The position numbers and the translations under genes are program-made. This document shows positions 1 to 10,510 of a DNA stretch of 64,000 nt, piece by piece; the first letter of the stretch is position 1; each line of letters opens with the position of its first letter. The stretch comes from Sandaracinaceae bacterium (GTDB taxonomy: Bacteria; Myxococcota_A; Polyangia; Polyangiales; Sandaracinaceae): contig JBGAQA010000012.1 of the NCBI GenBank assembly GCA_044220955.1, forward strand, positions 19,305 to 83,304, given 5' to 3'. Under the pieces are notes generated by a model. That model did no database searches. It saw only the letters and a list, made by a program, of their open reading frames with translations, and was not told the DNA's origin.

Positions 1-1
1 C

Positions 2-2119
<2,118 letters not shown>

Positions 2120-2135
2120 TCGGGGGGCCTGATCG

Positions 2136-2298
2136 GGGGTCACTCCAGCACCCGCCAACTGCGCGCTTTCACAGCGCTCTGGCGGGTAGGTGCGCGTTTC
2201 GTGGAACACCGCTGCGCGACAGGGCGATCCGACGAAACGCGCACCTTGCCGCCAGTTCGCTTTCGTGTCGCGTAGTTGGGTACCCTTGGAGTGACCCC
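2136..2298 (+). mobile_element. 163-bp palindromic intergenic element, copy A (REPIN/MITE-like)
   Basis: Terminal IR GGGGTCACTCCA/TGGAGTGACCCC; inner IR GGCGGGTAGGTGCGCGTTTC/GAAACGCGCACCTTGCCGCC; same length as copies at 21602 and 58064. Mobility is inferred. Confidence 0.85.
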
Positions 2299-3153
2299 AT
2301 GTGCAGGCTGTTCGGGTTTCGGAGCGTGATCCCCAGTCAGATGCACCGCTCGCTGATCGCGGCGGAGAACGCGCTCGTGCGCCAGAGCGACAAGCACCCC
2401 GACGGCTGGGGCGTCGCCTACTACATCGACGGCTCGCCGCACGTGACGCGCAGCCCGGCGCACGCGCTGAGCGACGCGCTCTTCCATCGCGTGAGCGGCG
2501 TGGTGTCGAGCGAGACCGTGCTCGCGCACGTGCGCAAGGCGACGCAGGGGGCGCACACCGTGCTGAACTGCCACCCGTTCCAATACGGGCGCTGGGTCTT
2601 CGCGCACAACGGCGACGTGCCGCGATTCTCCGAGACTCATCGCGAGGCGCTGCTCGCGGAGGTGAGCCCGCGCCTGCGCCGCTTCGTGCTCGGCGAGACC
2701 GACAGCGAGACGATCTTCTTCATGCTGCTCACGCGCCTGGCGGCCGTCGGCCCGCTCGCCGCGCCGCGTGGCGCGGCCGAGGTGATGGACGCGCTCGCCG
2801 AGACCCTCGAGGAGGTGGACCGCCTCGCGCCGCAGTCGAGCGCAGCGCCCAACCTCCTGACGTGCATCGTCACCGACGGCGTGACGATGGTCGCGCACCA
2901 GGGCGGCAAGGAGCTCTTCTTCTCCACGTACAAGCGACGCTGCGCGGACCGCGACGCGTGCGGGCACCTCGCGCCGCACTGCGAGGCCGAGACGCTCACC
3001 GGGCAGGTGAACCACCTCGTGCTCTCGAGCGAGATCCTCCACGGCGAGAACGTGTGGACGCCGCTGACGCGAGGCGAGCTCGTGGGCGTCGACTGGCGGA
3101 TGCGCCTCGAGCGGCGCGGCGGAGACCGGCGGCGTCTCGCGATCGTCGCCTAA
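2299..3153 (+). CDS. Class II glutamine amidotransferase (YafJ/EgtC-like Ntn hydrolase)
   Basis: N-terminal MCRLFG (Cys2 nucleophile), HPDGWG, HVRKAT, NCHPF, FAHNG, GETDSE motifs. Confidence 0.92.
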   Translation: MCRLFGFRSVIPSQMHRSLIAAENALVRQSDKHPDGWGVAYYIDGSPHVTRSPAHALSDALFHRVSGVVSSETVLAHVRKATQGAHTVLNCHPFQYGRWVFAHNGDVPRFSETHREALLAEVSPRLRRFVLGETDSETIFFMLLTRLAAVGPLAAPRGAAEVMDALAETLEEVDRLAPQSSAAPNLLTCIVTDGVTMVAHQGGKELFFSTYKRRCADRDACGHLAPHCEAETLTGQVNHLVLSSEILHGENVWTPLTRGELVGVDWRMRLERRGGDRRRLAIVA

Positions 3154-3156
3154 TCT

Positions 3157-3194
3157 AGAGAGGCGATCCGCTGACAGATGGGGATCGCCTCTCT
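3157..3194. terminator. Hairpin between convergent genes, likely bidirectional terminator
   Basis: Perfect 13-bp stem AGAGAGGCGATCC/GGATCGCCTCTCT with 12-nt loop, between stops at 3153 and 3204. Confidence 0.65.
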
Positions 3195-3203
3195 CGTCCG
3201 CGC

Positions 3204-4199
3204 TCACGAGGGCGCGAGGATCTCGTCCGCGACGCCGTCGCCGAGCACCCGCCGCACGAACGCGCGCATCGCCTCGGCCTCCGCACCGCTGCGGAAGCGC
3301 TCGAAGTACGCGTCCTGCTCGTCCCAGGCGAAGTCGGGCATCACGCGCCCCTCGCGGAACAGGCGCATCGCCCGCCGCAGGTTCCACGCGAGGAACGGAC
3401 GGAAGTTCGGCTCCCGCTCGAAGTACCCGGGCTCGCTCGCCTCCGCCGCCATCCCGACGGCGATCGCGTAGACGCTGAGCTCGATCACGCCGTCCACGGT
3501 TCCGCGCCAGCCCTCGGTCCACAGGCCACTCCGCTGGCGATCGACGCCGACCTCGGCGCCGTTCGTGTAGGCCACCCACTCGTCCCAGACGTAGAGCGGC
3601 CTGTCGTCCCAGTCGCTCGCGCCGGTGACGTAGAGATCGAAGCGCGACCAGCGCAGCGAGGCGGGCACGTAGGCGCCCACGTCGCTCTTGCGCATGCGCG
3701 GCTCGCGCACGAGGCAGGCGCGCCCGTCCATCACGTAGAAGCCGTTCGCGCCCTGGCCGGTGTCATCGAGCGTGTTGCGGATGTACGCGTGGATGCCGTG
3801 CGTGGCCTCGTGCCCGTACGTGACCGTGTCGGCGTCGTAGTAGGTGTCCCCATACGCCGGCGTCTGGTGCCGCACGATGTCGGTGAGCCGAGCGCCCCAG
3901 CGCGCGTCGCTCGAGGTGCGCAGCTCGCCGAGCGTGAGACAGCGCAGCTCCCCGAGGGGGTCCGGTGGTGGCGGTGACGGCGGCGTGCTCGCGTCCGGCC
4001 CGGGCTCCGCGATCGGTGGCGCCGCCGCGTCCTCGGGGTCCGGCCCGGGGAGGAACGCGTCCGGCAGCACCGGCGCGTTCGCGCCTGCGTCGCCGGGATC
4101 GGCGGCGTCGGCGAGGGGCCGCGGCCGCGTCCGCTCCGCGCGGCAGCCGAGCGCGCTCGTCACGAGCAGGACGAGCAGGACCCGAACGAAGCGCGTCAT
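3204..4199 (-). CDS. Lipoprotein, putative zinc metallopeptidase
   Basis: Lipobox-like SALGC, Pro/Asp linker, HEATH (HExxH) followed later by DEWVAY. Confidence 0.6.
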   Translation of the reverse strand: MTRFVRVLLVLLVTSALGCRAERTRPRPLADAADPGDAGANAPVLPDAFLPGPDPEDAAAPPIAEPGPDASTPPSPPPPDPLGELRCLTLGELRTSSDARWGARLTDIVRHQTPAYGDTYYDADTVTYGHEATHGIHAYIRNTLDDTGQGANGFYVMDGRACLVREPRMRKSDVGAYVPASLRWSRFDLYVTGASDWDDRPLYVWDEWVAYTNGAEVGVDRQRSGLWTEGWRGTVDGVIELSVYAIAVGMAAEASEPGYFEREPNFRPFLAWNLRRAMRLFREGRVMPDFAWDEQDAYFERFRSGAEAEAMRAFVRRVLGDGVADEILAPS

Positions 4200-4272
4200 C
4201 GCGGCTCTGGTGTCCGCGACTCGTGCTCACCGAGGTGCGTACGCTCACGCTCCCGGCGTCCGCGCGTCCGCG

Positions 4273-4668
4273 TCAGTCGAGGTGCTCGACGTCGGCCGGC
4301 AGGCCGACCCACGCGTGCTTGCGCGCCTCGTAGACCGAGACCGTCGGCGCTGGAAACCTCGGGTCGGCGAAGGCTCCGAGGGCGACCGCGATGCTGCCCG
4401 GCGCCCGATCGAGCAGGTAGTAGACGGTCGACCCGCACGTGGGGCAGAAGTGGAAGTGGATCGCGTTCCCGCTGTCCGCGACGCGCGTGTACGCGCTGGC
4501 GGTCCCCGTGATGCGCACGTTCTCCCTCGGGAAGCGCGCCTGCGCGCCGAACGCGCTGCCGGTGCGCCGCTGGCACTCCAAGCAGTGACAGATGGAGATC
4601 CGGATCGGCTCGCCGTCCGCCTCGAGCGAGAGCCGACCGCAGGAGCAGCGTGCGCTTCGGGTCGTCAC
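4273..4668 (-). CDS. GFA/CENP-V family Zn-binding protein
   Basis: CSCG, CHCLECQRRTGSAF, FCPTCGS motifs; GTG start chosen at 4668. Confidence 0.92.
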   Translation of the reverse strand: MTTRSARCSCGRLSLEADGEPIRISICHCLECQRRTGSAFGAQARFPRENVRITGTASAYTRVADSGNAIHFHFCPTCGSTVYYLLDRAPGSIAVALGAFADPRFPAPTVSVYEARKHAWVGLPADVEHLD

Positions 4669-4681
4669 CGGACGCGCGCCG

Positions 4682-5431
4682 TCAGTGGCCGTGGCCATGT
4701 CCGCCGCCCCCGCCGTGCCAGCGCGGACCCTCACCGCCGTGGCGGCCGTGGTCCCAGTGGCCGCGCCCCTCGTCCACGCGCTCGTCTCGATCCCCGACGA
4801 TGACCACACCGGGACGAGGCGGAGCCGGGCCGACGATCACCACACCGGGCGGACCGGGCGGAGGTGGCGGGACGAGGAGAACGGGCGGCGGCGCCTGCGG
4901 CGCGACGAGCACGACGCCGGGGCGGGGCGGCTCGAGCACCGCGACGCCTGGGCGCGTGGGTGCCACGACCTCGACGCGCGCTTGCGGCGCTGCGGGCGTC
5001 GCGACGTGAACCGTGGCCGGCGCCGTCCCCACGACGACCGGCGTGGCCGGAGCGAGTACCACGAACACCGGCGCCGACGCGTGCACGGGCGCGCCCGCGA
5101 CGACGGCGTCGATCTCGATCGGCCCCACCTGCGGCGCGACCGGGATCACACCCACGAACGTCGCCGTCGGCTCGTCCCACGTGAGCGGCGCGTCGTGCAC
5201 GGCCCCGTCGACACCCGGGACGTGGACGATCACGGTCGTGCTCGGCCCGCGCGCGGTGCTCGTCGCGATCGGGTACGCGACGAGCTGACCGTCGGTGTGC
5301 GTGACGATCTCGAGCGGCTGCGTGCCGACCGTGACGACGACACCGCCGTGCTCGGCGGGCGGCAGCGGCGGCGGCTCCGGGTCGCACATCCACAGGAACG
5401 ACATCGCGGCGGCCATGAGGGTGAGTCGCAT
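4682..5431 (-). CDS. Pro-rich exported hypothetical protein with Gly/His-rich tail
   Basis: Hydrophobic N-terminus, PxVVxV repeats, C-terminal GHGHGH. Confidence 0.6.
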   Translation of the reverse strand: MRLTLMAAAMSFLWMCDPEPPPLPPAEHGGVVVTVGTQPLEIVTHTDGQLVAYPIATSTARGPSTTVIVHVPGVDGAVHDAPLTWDEPTATFVGVIPVAPQVGPIEIDAVVAGAPVHASAPVFVVLAPATPVVVGTAPATVHVATPAAPQARVEVVAPTRPGVAVLEPPRPGVVLVAPQAPPPVLLVPPPPPGPPGVVIVGPAPPRPGVVIVGDRDERVDEGRGHWDHGRHGGEGPRWHGGGGGHGHGH

Positions 5432-5541
5432 GCCTCTACAGTGCCGCGCCGGTGGCCGGCGGTCTCACCAAATCGTCGCGGCGTGACGCGATGACACGGC
5501 CCAGCGCACCGATGCCTGTACTATTGCCGCGAGCCTGGGCG

Positions 5542-6795
5542 ATGCAGCGAACGATCGACGTCGGTGTGATCGGCACGGGCACCGCGGGCTCCGCGGCCGC
5601 GCTCTTCCTCGCGCGCGCGGGCCACCGCGTGAGGCTCTTCGAGAAGGTCGACGACCCGGGCGCCGTCGGGGCCGGGATCGTGCTCCAGCCCACCGGACAG
5701 CTCGTGATGAGCGAGCTCGGCCTGGCGGGCCCCGTGCTCGAGCGCGGCGCGCGCCTCGATCGGCTGCGATGCGAGACGACGAAGAAGCGCACGCTCGTCG
5801 ACCTCGAGTACGCGATGATCGACGCGGGCCTCTTCGGCCTCGGCCTGCACCGCGGCGTCCTCTTCGTGACGCTGCTCGAGGCGGTGAAGAGAGAGCCCGG
5901 CATCGCGCTGGAGCTCGGCACCGAGATCGTCGCGCTGAGGACGGCGGGAGAGAAGCGCGTGCTGAGGGACGAGCGCGGCGAGGAGCACGGGCCCTTCGAC
6001 CTCGTCGTCGTCGCGGACGGCGCCGGCTCCAACCACGAGGACGACCGCCCGCTGGCGCGCCGCGTGACGCCCTACGCCTGGGGCGCGCTCTGGGCCATCG
6101 TGCCCGACCCGGACCGCGTCTACCGCGGGATGCTCTACCAGGTCGTGCGCTCGAACGCGGTGATGCTCGGCTTCCTGCCGACGGGCGCCGGGCCGGACGA
6201 TCCTACGCCGACCGTCAGCCTCTACTGGAGCCTGCGGGCCGACCGCATCGACGCCTTCCGGACGGGCGACTTCGGCGCGTGGAAGCGCGAGGTCCTCGGG
6301 CACGACCCGCGGGCGGGCTTCATCCTCGACGCCCTGCCGAGCGCAGAGCGCCTGCTCTTCGCGAGGTACCGCGACGTGGTGATGCGTCGCTTCACGGGAC
6401 CGGCGACGGTGTACGTGGGCGACGCGGCGCACGCGATGAGCCCGCAGCTCGGCCAGGGCGCGAACCTCGCGCTCTACGACGCGAAGATCCTCGGCGAGTG
6501 CTGCGCCGCCGAGCCGGACGTGCCGCGGGCGCTCGCCCGCTACGAGCGCGAGCGGCGCGCGCACCTCGGCTTCTATCAGTTCGCGACACGCTGGCTGACG
6601 CCCTTCTTCCAGGGCGACGGGTCGATCTTCGGCACGCTGCGCGACCTCTTCATGCCCATCGGCCTCGCGATCCCTCCTGTCCGCCGGCAGATGGTGCGCA
6701 GCATGCTCGGCATCAAGCGCGGCATCGTCCGCAGGTCGCTGCCGCTCGAGCCGCTCCGGCGCGCCCTCGCGGCCGGTGCGACCGTGGCGCGCTGA
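5542..6795 (+). CDS. FAD-dependent monooxygenase (UbiH/salicylate hydroxylase-like)
   Basis: GxGxxG (GTGTAG), VVADG, GDAAHAMSPQLGQGAN motifs. Confidence 0.92.
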   Translation: MQRTIDVGVIGTGTAGSAAALFLARAGHRVRLFEKVDDPGAVGAGIVLQPTGQLVMSELGLAGPVLERGARLDRLRCETTKKRTLVDLEYAMIDAGLFGLGLHRGVLFVTLLEAVKREPGIALELGTEIVALRTAGEKRVLRDERGEEHGPFDLVVVADGAGSNHEDDRPLARRVTPYAWGALWAIVPDPDRVYRGMLYQVVRSNAVMLGFLPTGAGPDDPTPTVSLYWSLRADRIDAFRTGDFGAWKREVLGHDPRAGFILDALPSAERLLFARYRDVVMRRFTGPATVYVGDAAHAMSPQLGQGANLALYDAKILGECCAAEPDVPRALARYERERRAHLGFYQFATRWLTPFFQGDGSIFGTLRDLFMPIGLAIPPVRRQMVRSMLGIKRGIVRRSLPLEPLRRALAAGATVAR

Positions 6796-6826
6796 GGCAC
6801 GGCGACGCGAGCACCCGACGCTCGGA

Positions 6827-7309
6827 TCAGATCCCGATGCGTGCGCGCAGGTGCGCGAGCAGGCCGGCGGAGGCGCGCTCGCAGATCTCGAACACCCGGG
6901 CGTACTCGCCGGAGTAGTACGGGTCCGGCACCTCGTCGTGGTCGGCCCCGGCCTCGAACGAGCGGAAGAGACGGACCTTCTCGCGATGCGCGTCGCTCGC
7001 GGCCAGCCGCACCACGTTCGCGTGGTTGCTGCGGTCCATCACCAGCACGTGGTCGAAGCGCCCGAGGTCCGCGCGCACGATCTGCCGCGCGCGATGGACG
7101 ATCTCGACGCCGCGCGAGGACGCCAGCGCTCGGGTCGGCGGGTGCGCGAGCTCGCCCGCGTGCCAGTCGCCGGTGCCGGCGCTGTCGATCTCGAAGTGCG
7201 CCTCGAGGCCGGCCGCGCGGACGTCGCGGGCGAACACGGCCTCCGCGGTCGGCGAGCGGCAGATGTTGCCCAGACAGACGAAGAGGACCGACACGGGCGG
7301 AGCCTTCAT
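6827..7309 (-). CDS. Low-molecular-weight protein tyrosine phosphatase
   Basis: VCLGNICRSP P-loop, DSAGT, DPYY; ATGA overlap with upstream gene. Confidence 0.95.
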   Translation of the reverse strand: MKAPPVSVLFVCLGNICRSPTAEAVFARDVRAAGLEAHFEIDSAGTGDWHAGELAHPPTRALASSRGVEIVHRARQIVRADLGRFDHVLVMDRSNHANVVRLAASDAHREKVRLFRSFEAGADHDEVPDPYYSGEYARVFEICERASAGLLAHLRARIGI

Positions 7310-8043
7310 CGGAAGACGCCCGGGAGCACACCGCCGAGCCCGAGCGAGCCGGCGAACGCGAGCACCAGCGCGAACACCAGGGCCGCGATGCAGAACGACA
7401 CGATGCCGATCGAGACAAGCGGCGTCAGGATCGCCACCACCAGCGCCCGCTGATCGTCGAGCCCGTGCGCGCCGCGCGCCGCGCCGTAGCAGGCGAAGCC
7501 GGCCCAGATCACGAACGCCATGCGCACACCGAGGTGGACCATCGAGCCGACGAAGGGCACGAACCCGAGGAACAGCGCCGGGAGCAGCCAGAAACGGATG
7601 GCCGACGTGTAGAGCATCGCGTGGAACGAGCGCCGGAAATCGCCGACGCCGCCGAGCAGCGCGGCGATTCCGTGAAAGATCACGGCGTGCACGAGCTCGA
7701 CGCCGACGGAGCCGAGCAAGAGCACGAACGGCATGGCGCCGACCATCCCGCACATCGCCCCGGTGCCGATCGCGCGCAGGTCGTCCGGGAGCGACGAGCC
7801 GAACGCGAACGGGACGACGGCCAGACAGGGCGAGAGCAGGACGAAGGGGGCCCAGCCGACCGCCGCGGTCAGCAGCGCGAAGCTCACGCCCGACGAGAGA
7901 TCGCGCTCGCCCTCGGCGGCACCGATGCGCGTGAACGTGCCGACGGGATCCGTCGTCGCGCCCGACACGGTCGCCCAGAAGCGCGCGAGCACGCCCCGGC
8001 TCGGGTCTTCCCACGGGATCGTCGTCGCCACGCCGGGCGTCAT
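7306..8043 (-). CDS. YIP1-like membrane protein
   Basis: IPWE N-terminal motif, about 5 hydrophobic segments, HG-LGG pattern. Confidence 0.65.
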   Translation of the reverse strand: MTPGVATTIPWEDPSRGVLARFWATVSGATTDPVGTFTRIGAAEGERDLSSGVSFALLTAAVGWAPFVLLSPCLAVVPFAFGSSLPDDLRAIGTGAMCGMVGAMPFVLLLGSVGVELVHAVIFHGIAALLGGVGDFRRSFHAMLYTSAIRFWLLPALFLGFVPFVGSMVHLGVRMAFVIWAGFACYGAARGAHGLDDQRALVVAILTPLVSIGIVSFCIAALVFALVLAFAGSLGLGGVLPGVFR

Positions 8044-8202
8044 ACCACGCGACGGATCGCCCGCGACCGTGTGCTCGACTGTGCGATGCGCACGCAGCCG
8101 CTCACGAGAACACGACGCTTTTCGATCGCCCGATCGCGGGGGCGCGGATCATCGGTGATCCCCCTCTTCTTCTTTCGATCGCGATTCGTAGGATCGCGTC
8201 CC

Positions 8203-8445
8203 ATGCTGCGTTGCTCGTTCTGTGGTCGCGACCTGGCCTACGTGCATGGCCACGCCGCATGCATCCACCCCGAGTGCCCCGTGCGCGGGCTGAGCCAGGC
8301 CGACTGCTGCGCCGGCGAGGAGATGGCGTCGTGCACCGCGCACGTCGTCCCGCGCACCCCGATGGCCGACCCGACAGCCGGAGGCGTCCAGAGAGCGGAC
8401 GCGACACAATTGTGTCGGCCCGGCTTCGCCGGGCACTCCGGCTGA
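8203..8445 (+). CDS. Small Cys/His-rich putative metal-binding protein (80 aa)
   Basis: MLRCSFC...VHGHAACIHPEC...DCC; TAGGAT box 8 nt upstream; fills an intergenic gap. Confidence 0.6.
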   Translation: MLRCSFCGRDLAYVHGHAACIHPECPVRGLSQADCCAGEEMASCTAHVVPRTPMADPTAGGVQRADATQLCRPGFAGHSG

Positions 8446-8559
8446 TACCCGCGGGATCTTCCAGGTCACGCGCGAGGCGAGCGAGCGCGGCGAGACCGTC
8501 GCGGTCGACGTCGTGCCGATGCCCGCCGCTCGGCGTAGCGTCAGCTCGCGGCGCGCGCG

Positions 8560-9477
8560 CTACGCCTTCGGGCCGAAGGCCGTGACCACGTAGCCGCCGC
8601 TCTTGTCGTCGTGCGCGAGCTCGAGCAGGCCGCGCTTGTGAGCGTCCTCGAGGATGTCCGAGAACGTACGGTAGCCGTGGAAGCGCTCGCTGAACTCGGG
8701 GCGCTTGCGCTTGATCGTCTGCTTCACCAGCGAGCCGTGGAGCGCGCCGTCGCGATCCTGGAAGAGGGCCTCGACGACGTCGAGGATGAGCTCGATCGCC
8801 TCGCGCTGCCGATCCGCGAGCGGCTTGCCCGTCGCCTCGTCGGCCGGCACGCCGGGGCTCGTGCCCGTCGGCGCGGCCACGGCGGCCATCTCGGCGCTCT
8901 CGGAGGTCGTCGCGCTGGACGACGGCGTCTTGGTCCGCTGCTGAGCCGCGCCCTTCGGCGCCGCGATCGTGCCGGCCTCGCTGCGTCGCATCGAGCCGCG
9001 CGCGCGCACGAGGTCGTCGTAGTAGATGAACTCGTCGCAGTTGTCGATCAGGAGGTGGCTCGAGCTCGACTTCACGCCGAGGCCGATGACGCGCTTGTCG
9101 TTCTCGCGCAGCTTGCTCACGAGCGGCGAGAAGTCGCTGTCGCCCGAGATGACGACGAAGGTGTCGACGTGGCGCTTCACGTAACAGAGGTCGAGCGCGT
9201 CCACGACGAGGCGGATGTCGGCCGAGTTCTTCCCCGAGTAGCTGACGTGGGGGATCTCGATCATCTCGAAGGCGGCCTCGTGCATGCCGCGCTTGGCGTG
9301 CTTGTAGCGCTCCCAGTCGGCGTAGGCCTTCTTCACGACGACCTTGCCCTTGTCGAGCAGGCGCTCGAGGCAGAGCTGGATGTCGAACTCGTCGTGGCGG
9401 GCCTCGCGCACACCGATGGCGACGTTCTCGTAGTCGCAGAAGATCGCCATGTTGGGTGCTTCGTCGCGGTCGCTCAT
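8560..9477 (-). CDS. NYN (LabA/DUF88) domain protein with C-terminal OST-HTH/LOTUS domain
   Basis: FCDYEN, GKNSADIRLVVDA, SGDSDFSPLV, and C-terminal KQTIKRKRPEFSERFHGYRTFS. Confidence 0.93.
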   Translation of the reverse strand: MSDRDEAPNMAIFCDYENVAIGVREARHDEFDIQLCLERLLDKGKVVVKKAYADWERYKHAKRGMHEAAFEMIEIPHVSYSGKNSADIRLVVDALDLCYVKRHVDTFVVISGDSDFSPLVSKLRENDKRVIGLGVKSSSSHLLIDNCDEFIYYDDLVRARGSMRRSEAGTIAAPKGAAQQRTKTPSSSATTSESAEMAAVAAPTGTSPGVPADEATGKPLADRQREAIELILDVVEALFQDRDGALHGSLVKQTIKRKRPEFSERFHGYRTFSDILEDAHKRGLLELAHDDKSGGYVVTAFGPKA

Positions 9478-9522
9478 TGGCGCGGGAGGATAGCTCAAGA
9501 CTCGTCCCCGATCGGGGTCGGG

Positions 9523-10506
9523 TCACATTCGCGCGACGGCCCGCTCGACCTCCTCGCCGAGCTCCACCTCGTCCCGGAGGCGGCGCGCGATGGCATCGAG
9601 GTCGGGCTCCGCGAGCCGCTCCGCCTCGATCGCGGCGAGCCGCACGAGCGCCGACTCCAGCTCGCCCGTCATGCGCTCGAGATCGGCGCGGACGCTCGCC
9701 CGCCGTATCGCGAGCCGATCGCGCTCGGCCCGTGCAGCGTCGCTCCGCGTCCAGCGTGAGGCCCCGAGCGCCGCGTCGAGCTTCGCCAGGTGTACCCGCG
9801 CGCCGCGGACCGACGTCTCGAGACCGGTGGCCGAGGTCGCGATCCCGTGGTGCGCAGGGCCGAGCGCGCGCACCCGCGCCTCGATCGCCTCGCGGGCGCG
9901 CCGCGCACGACGCAGGAGCACCGCCTCCTCGGGCTCGCGGCGCGAGAGCCACGAGAGCCCGACCAGCGCGAGCACGAGCGCGAGCGCGGAGGCCCCGAGC
10001 GCCGGCGACTCGCCCTCGACCCCCCGGGTGGCCGCCATCGGCGCGATGGGCGGCCGTCGCAGGATCTCGACCTCGAGGGCGCCGCGCAGCGACTCGCGCA
10101 GCTCGGTGGCGGTGACCAGGTGCGCCGCCGCGAGGCGCGAGATCGCGAGGGCGGCGCGGATCGGTGTGCCCGGGGGCGCCTCGATCACGTAGCGGTGCAG
10201 GGCCGCGTCGCTCTGCACGACCTCGGCGCCCGGCGAGAGCACGAGGGGCGCACCCAGCGCGTGATCGAGCGCGCCGCCGTGGCGGACCGACACCGCGTCG
10301 AGCTCGGCGCCGTCGAGGGTCGAGTCGATCGTGCCCCGGACGCGGATCCGCGTCGGCGCGCCGTCGGTGGAGGCCGGGACGACGAGGGCGACGGTGGCGG
10401 CGTCGAGGGTCGCGAGGTGGTCGACCTCCCACGCCCGCGCGTCCTGCGCGCCGGCGCGGGCCGAGACGATCACGACGGCGAGCGCGAGGACGATGGGCGA
10501 GCGCAT
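9523..10506 (-). CDS. Hypothetical membrane protein (signal peptide, one TM, helical C-terminus)
   Basis: Starts 4 nt after the VWA gene stop; signal peptide MRSPIVLALAVV; TM ALALVLALVGLSWL. Confidence 0.6.
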   Translation of the reverse strand: MRSPIVLALAVVIVSARAGAQDARAWEVDHLATLDAATVALVVPASTDGAPTRIRVRGTIDSTLDGAELDAVSVRHGGALDHALGAPLVLSPGAEVVQSDAALHRYVIEAPPGTPIRAALAISRLAAAHLVTATELRESLRGALEVEILRRPPIAPMAATRGVEGESPALGASALALVLALVGLSWLSRREPEEAVLLRRARRAREAIEARVRALGPAHHGIATSATGLETSVRGARVHLAKLDAALGASRWTRSDAARAERDRLAIRRASVRADLERMTGELESALVRLAAIEAERLAEPDLDAIARRLRDEVELGEEVERAVARM

Positions 10507-10510
10507 CGCT

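Noticed and set aside
2136..2298. Tn3-family MITE (ends begin GGGGTC)
   Set aside because: No 5-bp direct target duplication around any full copy, and the perfect IR is 12 bp rather than about 38 bp
2136..2298. Integron attC site
   Set aside because: Only copy A has a GTTRRRY-like box; there is no consistent RYYYAAC/GTTRRRY pair, no cassette array and no integrase
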